From NCBI GenBank assembly GCA_051313645.2, contig JBNRSN020000022.1, positions 3,658,001-3,722,000 of the forward strand: a DNA stretch of 64,000 bases, written 5' to 3'. Position 1 is the stretch's first letter. Each line of letters begins with the position of its first letter. The DNA is from Centroscyllium fabricii. Its lineage: Eukaryota. Shown piece after piece: positions 36,433 through 48,775 of this stretch. The notes under the pieces are model-generated. The model was not told the DNA's origin and ran no database searches. It saw only the letters and a list, made by a program, of their open reading frames with translations. The translations under genes were made by a program, and so were the position numbers.

Positions 36433-39213
36433 GATAGAAACATAGAAGATAGGAGCAGGAGTAGGCCATTCGGCCCTTCGAGCCTGCTCCGCCATTCAAT
36501 TAGATCATGACTGATCTTTCAGATTCAGTACCCTGTCCCTGCCTTCTCCCCATATCCCTTAATCCCTTCAGCCTGAAGAAATATATCCAACTCCTTCTTG
36601 AATATATTCAATGAACCGGCCTCCACCGCCCTCTGTGGCAGAGAATTCCACAGGTTCACCACTCTCTGGGTGAAGAAATTCCCCCTCATCTCTCCTAACT
36701 GGCTGTCCCCTTATCCTTAGACTATGTCCCCTGGTTCTGGACTCCCCTTTCATTGTAAACATCCTTCCTGCATCGAGTGTCCAGGCCTGACAGAATTTTA
36801 TAGGTTTCGATGAGATCCCCTCTAAATCGTCTGAACTCCAGTGAGTATAAGCCCAATCGACTCAATCTCTCCCCATACGTCATTCCTGCCATCCCAGCTA
36901 TCAGCCTGGTGAATCTTCGCTGCACTCCATCAATGGCAAGAACGTCCTTCCTCAGATGAGGCGACCAAAACTGCACACAATACTCGAGGTGTGGTCTCAC
37001 CAAGGTCCTGTAGAGCTGCAGCAAGACATCCTTGTTCTTATATTCGAACCCTCTTGCTACGACGGCCAACATACCATTTGCCTTCTTAACCGCCTGTTGC
37101 ACCTGCATGCTTACCTTCAGTGACAGGTCTCTTTGCACTTCCCCAAAACCCAATCTATTGCCATTCAAATAATAATCTGCCCTCCTGTTTTTGCCACCAA
37201 AGTGGATAACCTCACATTTATCCACATTATCGTGCATTTGCCATGTATCTGCCCAATCCCCCAACCTGTCCAAATCGCATTGCAGTTTGTCGACATCCGC
37301 CTCACAGCATACCCACCCTTGTGTCATCTGTAAATTTGGCGATATTACATCCAATTCCCTCGTCCAGATCATTAATATATATTGTGAACAGCTGGGGTCC
37401 TAGGACCGATCCTTGCGGTACCCCACTCGTCACTGCCTGCCACTCGGAAAATGACCCATTTATTCCAACTCTCTGTTTTCTATCTGCCAACCAGTTCTCT
37501 ATCCAAATCAATACCTTGCCCCCAATCCCATGAGCCTTAATTTTGCATGCTAATCTTTTATGAGGGACCTTATCGAAAGCTTTCTGAAAGTCCAAATACA
37601 CCACGTCTACTGGTTCTCCCCTATCTATTTGACCAGTTACATCCTTAAAAAATTCCAGTAAATTAGTCAAGCACGATTTACCTTTTGTAAATCCAGGTTG
37701 ACTCTGTCCGATCCCGTCACTGCTTTTCAAGTGTACTGCTATTATATCTTTAATAATGGACTCTAGCATTTTCCCCACTACCGATGTCCGGCTTACTGGT
37801 CTATAATTCCCGGCTTTTTCTCTACCCCCTTTTTTAAATAGTGGGGTAACATTAGCTACCCTCCAATCCATGGGTACTGTTCCAGAGTCGTATCGAGTTC
37901 TGGAAGATGATCAGCAATGCATCTGCTATCTCCAGGGCCACTTCCTTAAGCACCCTAGAATGTAGATTATCAGGCCCTGGGGATTTGTCGGCCTTCAATC
38001 CCTTCAACTTCCCCAACACCATATCCCTACAAATACTGATTTCTATCAGTTCCTCCCACTCATTAGTCCCTATGTTTCCCGACATCTCTGGGAGGTTATT
38101 TGTGTCCTCCTTTGTGAAGACAGAACCAAAATATGTATTTAATTGGTCAGCCATTTCCTTGTTCCCCATTATATATTCCCCTGATTCGGACTGCAAGGGA
38201 CCGACGTTTGATTTCACCAATCTTTTCCACTTAATATATCTATAAAAGCTTTTGCAGTCAGTTTTTATGTTTGCCGCAAGCTTACTTTTATAATCTATTT
38301 TCCCCCTCTTAATTAATCCCTTTGTCCTCCTTTGCTGTATCCTAAACTGCTCCCAATCGTCCAATCTGTTGGGTTTTTTGGCCAATTTATATGCCCTCTC
38401 TTTGGATTTTATGTTATCTCTAATTTCCCTTGTTATCCATGGTTGAGTCACCTTTTTTGGTTTATTTTTATGCCAAAACGGTATAAACAAGTTCTGTAAT
38501 TCTTCCATTCGATCTTTGAATGTTTGCCATTGTCCATCCACCGTCAACCCCCCGAGCGACACCACCCAATCAATCCTACCCAACTTGCGTCTCATATACC
38601 ATCATAGTTCCCTTTACTTAAATTCAGGACCTTAGTCTCTGAGTCAATTTCTTCACTCTCCATGTTAAGTGAGAATTCTATTATATTATGATCACTCCGA
38701 CCCAAGGGGCCTCGTACAACAAGATTGCTAATTAATCCTTTCTCATTGCATGGGGATAGGGTGGGATATGTGTCGATGGAGGCTCGATAGGGATCGAGGG
38801 ATATGGGGAGGGGGCAGGGGCGGGGTGCTGGGTTTGGATGATCAGCCATGATCTCATTGAATGGCCTACTCCTGCTCCTAGTTTCTATGTTTCTATAATA
38901 CCCAGTCTAAGATGGCCTGATCCCGAGTTGGTTCCTCGACATATTGGTCCAGGAAACCATCCCGTATATACTCCAGGAATTCCTCCAATACATTGATTTG
39001 ATTAGTCCAATCAAAATGTAGATTAAAGTCACCCATGATGACTGCTGTGCCCTTATTGCACGCTTCCCTGATTTCCCTTTTTATGCCATCTCCAACCTCA
39101 ACATTACTGTTTGGGGGTCTATATACCACTCCCACTAATGTTTTCTGCCCTTTGGTATTTCTCAGCTCGACCCACACAGATTCTACATCATCAGAGCCAA
39201 TGTCTTTCCTTAC
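36433..39213 (-). mobile_element. CR1 (HER1-like) ORF2 from endonuclease to 3' tail
   Basis: ORFs 38893-39177, 37852-38595, 37302-37871, 36722-37372; agaaacatagaa tail. Confidence 0.92.
38751..38895 (+). mobile_element. 5'-truncated HE1-like SINE inside the CR1
   Basis: Matches 3' half of SINE at 60917-61325, ends tttctatgtttcta. Confidence 0.75.
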
Positions 39214-39601
39214 AATTGGAGGGTGGCAAATGTAACCCCACTATTTAAAAAAAGAGAAAAACCCAGGGAACTACAGACCGGTTAGCCTAACATCAGTAGT
39301 AGGGAAAATGCTAGAGTCTGTTATAAACAATGTGATAACAGGACACTTAAAAATAGCAACGGGATTAGACAAAGTCAACATGGATTTATGAAAGGGATCT
39401 CATGTTCGATAAACCTACTGGAGTTTTTTGAGGATTTAACTGGTGGAACAGATAAGCGGGAACCAGTGGATGTGGTGTATTTGGATTTTCAGAAGGCCTT
39501 TGATAAAATCCCACATAAGAGGTTAGTGTGCAAAATTAAAGAACATTGAATTGGGGTATTATGCTAACATAGATTGAAAATTGGTTAACAGACAGGAAAC
39601 A

Positions 39602-40460
39602 GCCCTCTCCTCCACACAGACCCCACTCTACACAGACCCCCCTCCACACAGACCCCCCTCCACACAGACCCCCCTCCACACAGACCCCCTCTACACAGAC
39701 CCCCCTCTACACAGACCCCCCTCTACAGACACCACCCTCTACACAGACACCACCCTCTACACAGACACCACCCTCTACACAGACACCACCCTCTACACAG
39801 ACCACTTGTACACAGACCCCTGTACACAGACACCCTCTACACAGACACCCTCTACACAGACCCCCCTCCACACAGACCCCACTCTACACAGACCCCCCTC
39901 CACACAGACCCCCCTCCACACAGACCCCCCTCCACACAGACCCCACTCCACACAGACCCCCCTCCACAGACCCCCCTCCACACAGACCCCCCTCCACACA
40001 GACCCCCCTCCACACAGACCCCCCTCCACACAGACCCCACTCTACACAGACCCCCCTCCACACAGACCCCCCTCCACACAGACCCCCTCTACACAGACCC
40101 CCCTCTACACAGACACCACCCTCTACACAGACACCACCCTCTACACAGACACCACCCTCTACACAGACACCACCCTCTACACAGACACCACCCTCTACAC
40201 AGACCACTTGTACACAGACCCCTGTACACAGACTCCCTCTACACAGACACCCTCTACACAGACACCCTCTACACAGACCCCCCTCCACACAGACCCCCCT
40301 CTACAGAGCACTCCCCCCCCACCCTGTACGCAGACCCCCCTCCATGCAGACCCCCCCTCCGTGCAGACCCTCCCTCCACACCGACCCCCCTCCACACCGA
40401 CCCCCCTCCACACCGACCCCCCTCCACACAGACACCCCTCCACACTCAGACACCCCCCCT
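39602..40460. repeat. C/A-rich minisatellite, 15-18-bp units
   Basis: (acacagacccccctcc)n variants with higher-order duplication; G-tract-rich on minus strand. Confidence 0.95.
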
Positions 40461-40735
40461 CAACACTTTCTCCAGATGAAGCACTTGCTCCAGAACTCGA
40501 CACCACTTTACAGGTTTCAGCGGCAGCCGACCGTTGGAACTCTTTCTCCATTCCCCTGCCGCATGTGGCTGCTGTTCTCACCTCCATCAGCGAGCACAGG
40601 ACAGAAAGGCTGGAGGAATCCTGGGTACAAGGCCGAGGCTGAGTGTTAAGAGAGGAGGTGTGGTTTGGATTCAGACATGTGGAACATCTTCCAATCAGTA
40701 ACTGAAATTTCAAACACCCCCAAAAAGTTTGAAAC

Positions 40736-43296
40736 TGTAGTGTATGTGATTAGGCGTATGATGGACAGCCTGTGAGCCTATAATAGAGCTGCACTATTTC
40801 ATGCATGGTGGACGATTACTGTAATATCTCTTTCGGCCACCTAGTATAAATAGCGCTGTACTGCAAGTGGTATTCAGTTTCCACCTGGGCGTTGGCCAAG
40901 TAAAGACCTCTTGTTTGTTGTTGATCTGTGTCCGAGTATTTATTGTGCTTTCAACACAACACTGGCGACGAGATAGTGGAAGAATCCATTAGCTTTAGCA
41001 CAGCCATCACTGTTGCAGCACGGAAGCAGTTTGGAAAAGAAAGACTTCTCCAGCAGACATCGACTGAGCAGTCCAGCCCAAAGCAGCAAACAGATACCGC
41101 CATCAGGAAGCTGTCGAGAATCGCGGTTGATTCTCCAGCCACGGGACAACAGACCAAGAAAGGTACGGTGAACTTCCAGGGGCCAGGTAGGCCCGAAGCC
41201 ACGGAGTTTGGACCGGGTGATTCGGGAAACTGCCAGTGGGGGAAAACGGGGCGGACACTGTAACCGGGTAGCGAGGACCGACCGCGAGTGAAAACGGGTA
41301 GCCACACCACCGAGTAGACCACGGGGATAGCGGGGCAGCAGCAGATTACCATATAGAAATTGCGGTGGAGAAGAAGGCGGGAAGCCTAGACCATGTAGAA
41401 ATTGTGGTGGAGAAGGCGGGAAGCCTAGCGAAGGCGGGAAGCCTAGTGAGAGAATTTTGGGAGATTACCGTGGAGACATTGCGGAGAAGAAAAAGGCGGG
41501 AAGCCTAGCGAAATTTTTTTTGGGAGATTACCGCGGAGATATTGCAGGGAAGAAAAGGGTGCGAAAGACGCCATCTTGGAGGAAAAGGGCGCGAAAGATG
41601 CCATTTTGGGAAAAAGGGCGCGAAGACGCCATTTTGGAAAATATCTTGCTTGAGAGTTTTTGTGGTGTGCTCTAAGTGTTGAAGAGATTATTCATCGCTC
41701 CATTTGATGCCAGTGAGGAAGACTGGTATACTTATATAGAATGAGTAGAAATTTGTTTTGAAATAAATGGGGTGTCGGCAGACCAAAAAGCAGTGACCCT
41801 TTTAAATTGTATGGGTCCACAACCTTTCAGACTTTTGAGAGACCTGATTACCCCAGAGAAGCCAACATATAAATCATTCGACCAGATTGTAAAAACGCTA
41901 AATGACCATTTCAGTTCAGCATTGCCTGTAATCGCGGAAAGATACCGTTTTTAATCGGCACACCCAATGCAGGGGGGAGTCGATAGCAGTGTACTTGGCT
42001 GAACTGTGCCGCTTAGCGAGGAATTGCCAGTTTCGAGATGTTTTGACGGATACCCTGAGAGACAAGTTGGTCTGTGGCATGAGTGATAAAGCCACCCAGA
42101 GACAGTTATTAACGAAGCGGCAGCTGACCTTGCAGCAAGCTTTCGACATAGCTTCTGCTAGAGAGGCCGCTACACAGCATGGACCACGCCATGATGTACC
42201 AGTAGGCGTACTTCAATCCACCAAGTGCTACCGATGTGGCAGATCAACCCACGTACATACTAGTTGTTGGTTTCGAGACAAGACGTGCCAGCGATGTGGC
42301 AAGTTAGGCCATATTGAAAGAGCTTGTAGAGCAAACAAAAACAACAGCGGGGGTAGCCCGAAGTTGAATGCAAGGAAGTACCAGGGACTCACTATAGACT
42401 GGGACTCACTGAACAACACAAGTCCCCCAGCAGAAGACGGTGAACTAGACAGACCAAACCCGCAAACTCGCAAACAGGATGAGGAGAGTCGAAAAGTTAG
42501 AAGGGGATTTGTGTGCGTGTGTGGACAAAAGTGGACCGACAGAGGTTGGACATGCAAAGCCTACTTGACGGATCGCGCTTAGACATACCATTTGTAGAAT
42601 GGTGGTCAGAGATTTCCACTCAGGAAGTCGACTTTAAAAACCACCCTAAGCTATGGACAGACGAAGTTAAAACTGATGGTGCTGAGTTCAAGCAACAACT
42701 GCAGGACATGCAAACCCAGTTGGGTAAATTGTCACAGCAAACGACGCTGTACCAGAATCTGCCTCCCTTGAAGAAGTTAACACCGCCAGAGGACTATGAG
42801 AATGCCCTAGAGGCCGTAAATGATGTTGAAAGAGAGAAACAAAATCATCGTGAGGGCAAAACTAAGCCAGAAGATGTGGGTTAAATTGTTGAGGACAATT
42901 ATACGTACTGCCTTTGTAAAAATGTTTAACTCAATCTTGTATAATGTCAAGTTAAAAATGTTGGTATAGATTAACTGATTGTTATGTTAATTAGTATTCT
43001 CTTAGCTGGTGTTGTAATTATGTACCTTCTCTGTAAACAAGGGGGTGACGTGTTATCTAAAAGGGGAGGGATGTAGTGTATGTGATGAGGCGTATGATGG
43101 ACAGCCTGTGAGCCTATAACAGAGCTGCACTATTTCGTGTATGGTGGAAGATTACTGTAATACCTCTTTAGGCCACCTAGTATAAATAGCACTGTACTGC
43201 AAGTTGTATTCAGTTTCCACCTGGACGTTGGCTGAGTAAAGACCTCTTGTTTGTTGTGATCGGTGTCTGAGTATTTATTGTGCTATCAACACAACA
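40736..43296 (+). mobile_element. Non-autonomous gag-only LTR element (2561 bp)
   Basis: LTRs 40736-40961 and 43072-43296, TSD gaaac, PBS-like tggcgacgag 40963, PPT aaaaggggaggga 43059-43071, disrupted gag ~41700-42330 with two CCHC knuckles, no pol. Confidence 0.92.
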
Positions 43297-44559
43297 GAAA
43301 CAAAATAAGGAAAATCAAATATGTATTTCACAATAACATTATTACATTTATCCATCGATAAGTATATATATTTGCCCCTTGTGTATTTTAATGCCTTCAT
43401 TGAAGATTTCACTTCAAGGCCTCTCTCTGCCTTTTCTCAAAAGCCTGGGCTCTGACTGGAGTGGGACTCCTGATCTCCCGCTGCAACTGATGGAAGGTCG
43501 ACCCTGGAAACCAGGGATTGGGGGAAAGGGGGAAGAAGCCTCCTGTGGAGAGTCTAGCCAAATATTTTTACTTGAAAAGTTGACCGGAGATTTCAGTAAC
43601 ATCTGGGCAGACTGAGCAGGCACTGTCTGCAGAGTCTCCCAGCATGCAATATTTAAAAACTCAGAAATTACATAGATGAATTATTTTGGTTACTGTGTAC
43701 TTATATTGTTATGCTGCACACTGTGACATGCATGTGCGGTGCCGTGTTGGACATTTTGTATCGTTCCGCACCATGCGGCAAGAACACCCTCATGCAAGAA
43801 TACACCTCATTGAAAGCTGCAGATTACTGAGTCAATAATGTCTTTATTGCATAAAGATAAGAATACAAGGGGACACAACACGGGGACAGCGGTATAAGTG
43901 AGTACAACCTGTGGCATACGAACTACGAATAAGACGAAAGTGAATGTATGAGCTGATTGTGAGTGCCTGTGCCTGCGGTAATTGAGTGTGAATCGTATTG
44001 ACTGTACCGTACGTGCAACCAAGATGGTGGCCACCGTGACACTGGCTGTGCACGTACAACCCCTCATCAACTGGGAAGCCAATAATATTGTAGAGACATT
44101 CTGCAAGTTCGAGCAGAAGTGTGACCTTACATTCAAAATCTTCCTAAAGGGTACCACCGACGAGGAAAAGGTTAGTTATATTCTGTTGTGGATTGGGAAA
44201 AAGGTCCAGATTTGTACAACAGCTGGAGCTTGACTGAAGAGGAAGAGAAAAACCCTGTGACAATCTTTGAGAAATTCAGTAACCATCTAGAGCCTAAATC
44301 CAATCATCGCACACACAGATACAAATTCCAGAGTCTAAGACAGGAACCCAGTGAAACAGTTGACAACTCCCTGACAAGGCTGAGAAATGAAGCCAGCAAG
44401 TGTAAATTCAAGGAAATGGAGGAAAGGCATGTGGACCAGCTGATATGGGGGTCAGTGCACGCAGAGGTACAAAAAGCCCTGATAGGGAAAGAAAAGCTCA
44501 AAATAACAGAGGCTATAGATACTGTAAGAACTCATGAGGCCATGAAGCAGCAAATGAGC

Positions 44560-45490
44560 TAGCTGGCTCGGCCTGCATTTAGTGCCCATCCCTGTGGTGT
44601 AATTTGATAGGATAATGGCAAGGTGCATTAGCATAATGGCAAGGGGCATTATGGGAGGGTCAAAGTACATTACTTGAGGTTCCGGGTGACAGAAAACGAG
44701 AGGGAAACTGAAACCAAAAGTACTGTGTAATATGTGTTCTGGTTGCTGGAATAAAAGACACAAAAGATATACACTCTTGATGTTTCTGCCCATGCGCAAG
44801 TTTGAATAATACGACAATCCCTAATTGCCCTTGAGAAGATCGTGGAGAGACAGTCCGAATGCAGCATTAACTTAAACAGGGACTTTAAACAAGACAGCTC
44901 CCAATTATAAACAAAACCGCTCCCAAATGCCAAAAGCAAATAGAGATGTTGGACTGGAAGAGCGCCAGGTCCAGACTTTTTTTTTTAATTCATTGATGGG
45001 ATGTGGGCGTCGCTGGCTGGCTAGGCCTGCATTTAGTGCCCATCCCTAATTGCCCTCGAGAAGATGGTGGTGAGCTGCCTTCTTGAATCGCTGCAGTCCA
45101 TATGGTGTAGGTACACCCACAATATTGTTAGGAAGGGAGTTCCAGGATTTTGGCCCAGCGACAGTGAAGGAGCGGCGATACAGGTCCAAGTCAGGATGGT
45201 GTGTGGCTTGGAGGGGAACTTGTAGGTGGTGCTGTTCCCATGAGTCTGCTGTGGTAGAGGTCGCGGGTTTGGAAGGTGCTGTTCAAGGAGCTTTGGCGAG
45301 TTGCTGCAGTACATCTTATAGATGGTACACACTGCAGCCGCAGTGCGCCGGTGGTGGAGGGAGTGAATATGAAGGTGGTGGATGGAGTGCCAATCAAGCG
45401 GCCTGCTTTATCCTGAGTGGTGTCGAGCTTCGAGTGTTGTTGGAGCTGCACTCATCCAGGCAAGTGGAGAGTATTCCACCACACACCTGA
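44560..45490 (-). mobile_element. LINE 3' end plus 133 bp of CTNS-intron flank and a second LINE tail piece
   Basis: 44844-44976 is the reverse complement of 9091-9223 (2 mismatches); 44977-45490 matches the LINE at ~8570-9090. Confidence 0.9.
44593..44816 (+). mobile_element. Solo LTR (224 bp)
   Basis: tgtggt...acgaca, AATAAA near 44749, TSD atccc at 44588-44592 and 44817-44821. Confidence 0.85.
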
Positions 45491-45514
45491 CTCTTTATCC
45501 ACCAGCTACCTCTT

Positions 45515-45769
45515 ATAATAATAATAATTCAACTTTGTCATTATACAATGTACAAGTACATGAACAACGAAATGTGATCTTGCAAGCTCCCAGGAGTCCA
45601 GCAAAGCCACTGCGTCTGTGCGCGCCGCCATTCCATCTTTTCCATCATTCCGACAATCTTCAGCCAACCGTCCCTCCCCGGGGCTCCTTTCTTGACCTTC
45701 TGAACCTGGTATTCCCTGGTGGTAACCCCTCCAAGTACTAACCAGGCCTGGCTCTGCTTAGCTTCCAAG
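45515..45769 (-). mobile_element. 5S rRNA-headed SINE (SINE3-type), 5'-truncated
   Basis: 45704-45769 minus strand aligns by eye with the 3' two-thirds of 5S rRNA (ggaagctaagcag...ggcctggttagtacttgga...gggaataccaggt); tail ends in (TTA)n. Confidence 0.78.
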
Positions 45770-47893
45770 CCTTGCCAGTGACCCTGTCCCTAGTCCCAGG
45801 ATCGTCAGCATTCGCCCGACGATCGTGGCGTCCAGCCTCACGGACCTTCAGGCCCTAGCTGACCAAGCCGACGAGCTCCTGTCCGCCAGCTCCAACCATG
45901 CCATCACCCCTGACCTGGCCTTCGCAGTGACGGCGCGTGCTCCACCCGCTATCGCGCGGCCGCACAGCTCGGCCATGAGGCCCCCCAAACCAGGGCTACT
46001 GCTACTACTATGCCCGGTTCGGCACATGGGCACGCCGCTGCAGCCACCCCTGCGTGTTTCCAACCGGCTCCGCAGCGGCCCTCACGATGGGCGTGGGGCA
46101 AGTGGGCGCGCTGCTGTATGTTTGCGACAGCACCTCCGGACGCCGTTTCCTATGCAACATGGGTGCACAGCACAGCATCGTCCCCGCGTCCACCCTCGAG
46201 ATCCAGCTGGGCAGCCCCGGTCCCGCGCTAGCTGCCGCCAACGGCACCGACATCCGTTCCTACGAAACCCGCACTGTTGCCATTGACCTCGCAGGCTGCC
46301 GCAACCACTGGGAGTTTATCACCGCCAAGATGCTCTCCGCGCGCCTCAGTGCGGATTTCCTGTGCGCCCATGGCCTGTTGGTCGACATGCCTCGGCGCCG
46401 CCTCGTGGACATGTCCACCATGTCGCCTCTCCCGGGCGCCATGGCCCTCCCCAACCCGCTGACATGGCATGGCAGTGCCACGCTCACTCAACGGACACCT
46501 ACTCAGCACTCTAGGCCGAGTTCCCAGCCCTCACCAACCCGACCTTCTCCGCGAAGGTTGCCAAACACGGGTTAGAACACTTCACCCCCACCACAGGCCC
46601 CCTGGTGTATGCCCACACCCGTAGGCTGGAGGTCGCATGGACAGAGTTCGCCACAATGGGACAGCTTGACATCATCCGCCGCTCCAACAGCCCCCAAACC
46701 TGGCGGGGGATGGCTCTCCTGCTGGGACTACCGGCGCCTAAACAACGCCACCACACCGGATAGGTACCCCATCCCGCACATTCAGGACTTCTCGGCTAGA
46801 CTGGCCGGCTGCTCAGTCTGCTTTAAAGTCGACCTGGTGCGCGGTTACCATCAGGTGCCAGTCCACCCCACGGACGTTCCCAAGACAGCCATCATCACCC
46901 TTTTTGGGCTGTTCGAGTTCCTTCGAATGCCCTTCGGCCTCAAAACCGTGGCCCAGGCCTTCTAGCGGCTTATGGACTCGGTCCTCCGGGACCTGAAGTT
47001 CCTCTTTGTCTACCTGGATGACATCGTGGTAGCTAGTTCCTCCAAACAGGAACACATCGAGCACCTCCGCACCCTGTTCCAGCGGCTCAGTGAGCATGGG
47101 CTCATCATCAACCCAGCCAAGTGCCAGTTCAGCCTCAGCGAGGTCGAATTCCTCGGCCACCACATCACGCAGGACGGAGCCATACCCCTGCCTGCCAAGG
47201 TGCAAGCCGTCCAGCAGTTCCCCCGGCCCACCACCATCAAAGGCCTTCAGGAGTTCTTGGGGATGATCAACTTTCATAACCACTTCATCCCCAGAGCGGC
47301 CGCCCTCATGCAGCCCCTATACGAAGCCCTCCGGGGCAAGAAGGACAGAATGGTGATCGAGTGGTCAGCAGACATGATGGCCGCCTTTGACTCGACCAAA
47401 AGGGCGCTCGCTGATGCCACCATGCTCGCTCATCCACAGCCCAACGCCAGGGTGGCCCTCACCACGGGCGCCTCCGACCACGCGGTCGGCACCATGTACG
47501 AGCAGTGGGTTGATGGCACCTGGCAGCCGCTGGCCTTTTTCAGCCGCCAACTGCGCGGCCAAATATAGCACCTTTGACCGCGAGCTCCTCGCACTGTATG
47601 GAGCAGTCCACCAGTTTACATTTCTTCTGGAGGGCCATCCCTTCACCGCGTTTGTCAACCACAAACCCCTGACATTCGCAATGGCGAAATCTGCGGACCC
47701 GTGGTCAGTCAGGCAGCAGCACCAGCTCACATCGGTGTCCGAATTCACCACAGACGTCCGGCACATCTCTGGTCGAGACAACATGGTGGCCGACTGCCAA
47801 TCCTGCCCCGCCGTCCACAGCGCTCACCTGGCAGCGGTCTACGCCCAACTGGCAGCGGAGCAACGCACCAACCCCGATCTGCTCTCCACGCCC

Positions 47894-48775
47894 ACAATTC
47901 AATTCAATTCAATTCAAATAGCTTTATTGGCATGAATGGTATCAACCGTTGTTGCCAAAGCATTGCAATATACATAAAATAATACATTAGTAGACGTATT
48001 AACAACAAACAGTACATTAGTAGACGTAATGAATAGTTACGCACACACATACATATATACCCGCATATAGAGCTTGTATGCTCATCCCAGCTTCAATGGT
48101 CACTGGTTGTCCCTCTGCTTATGGCAAGCTGTGACGTAGTTTGCCGCTAATTTTACACAGTCCCTCTGTTCCCCTAATAGGTATGGGAGTTTCTGGTGGT
48201 CGTTCAAATTTTTGAATTCAGGGCATGTTGTTGCAAATTTTGGGAAGAAATTTCCCCTTATTCCCTGATAATTTTCGCAAGTTGTGAGGAAGTGCAGCTC
48301 CGTCTCCACCACTCCCTGACTGCAGTGGGAGCACAGCCTTTCCTCTCTGGGCAGCCAAGTCTTTCTGTGTCTGCCTTTTTCGATGGCTAGGCTGTGCTCG
48401 CAAAGTCTGTACATTGTCAGGGTTTTTCTCAGTTTGCTATCTTTCACCATGGACAGGTAATCAGCCATGGTGTACTGTCTGTTTAGGGCCAAATAACAAT
48501 CTAGTTTGTTTTGGGTTTTTGTCATTTCTGTCCAGTAATTCAGGTATTTTTCTTTTTGTTTAGTAATAATTGTGTTGGGTCGGATTCTGAGTGCTAGGGC
48601 GTCACTGTCCAGGGGCTGGTTGTTACCAGTAGTGTTAGTAGTTTCTCCGCTAAGTTGGTTGTTAACAGTAGTGTTAGTAGTTACTTCGCTAAGTCCTAGG
48701 ACTAGTTGGTTGAGGGGACTTCTTTTTATGTTCGCTTCTTGGCATTTCAGGGCTTTGTAGTGATAACTGTGGGGG
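47894..48775 (-). mobile_element. 5'-truncated LINE, RTE-X-like, with C-terminal zinc knuckle
   Basis: Open frame YRLCEHSLAIEKGRH...LCSHC...ETELHFLTTC; (TTGAA)n tail at ~47895-47917. Confidence 0.78.

Larger units (their letters stand above)
34959..39601 (+). mobile_element. CR1 ORF2 fragment split by a MITE and a nested antisense CR1
   Basis: Collinear CR1 sequence at 34959-35669, 36269-36432 and 39214-39601. Confidence 0.82.

Noticed and set aside
39581-40642. 353-aa Pro/Thr-rich ORF and antisense Gly/Cys/Val ORFs
   Set aside because: Products of a stop-free minisatellite
45704-45769. 5S rRNA gene
   Set aside because: Partial, diverged and fused to a SINE-like body and tail
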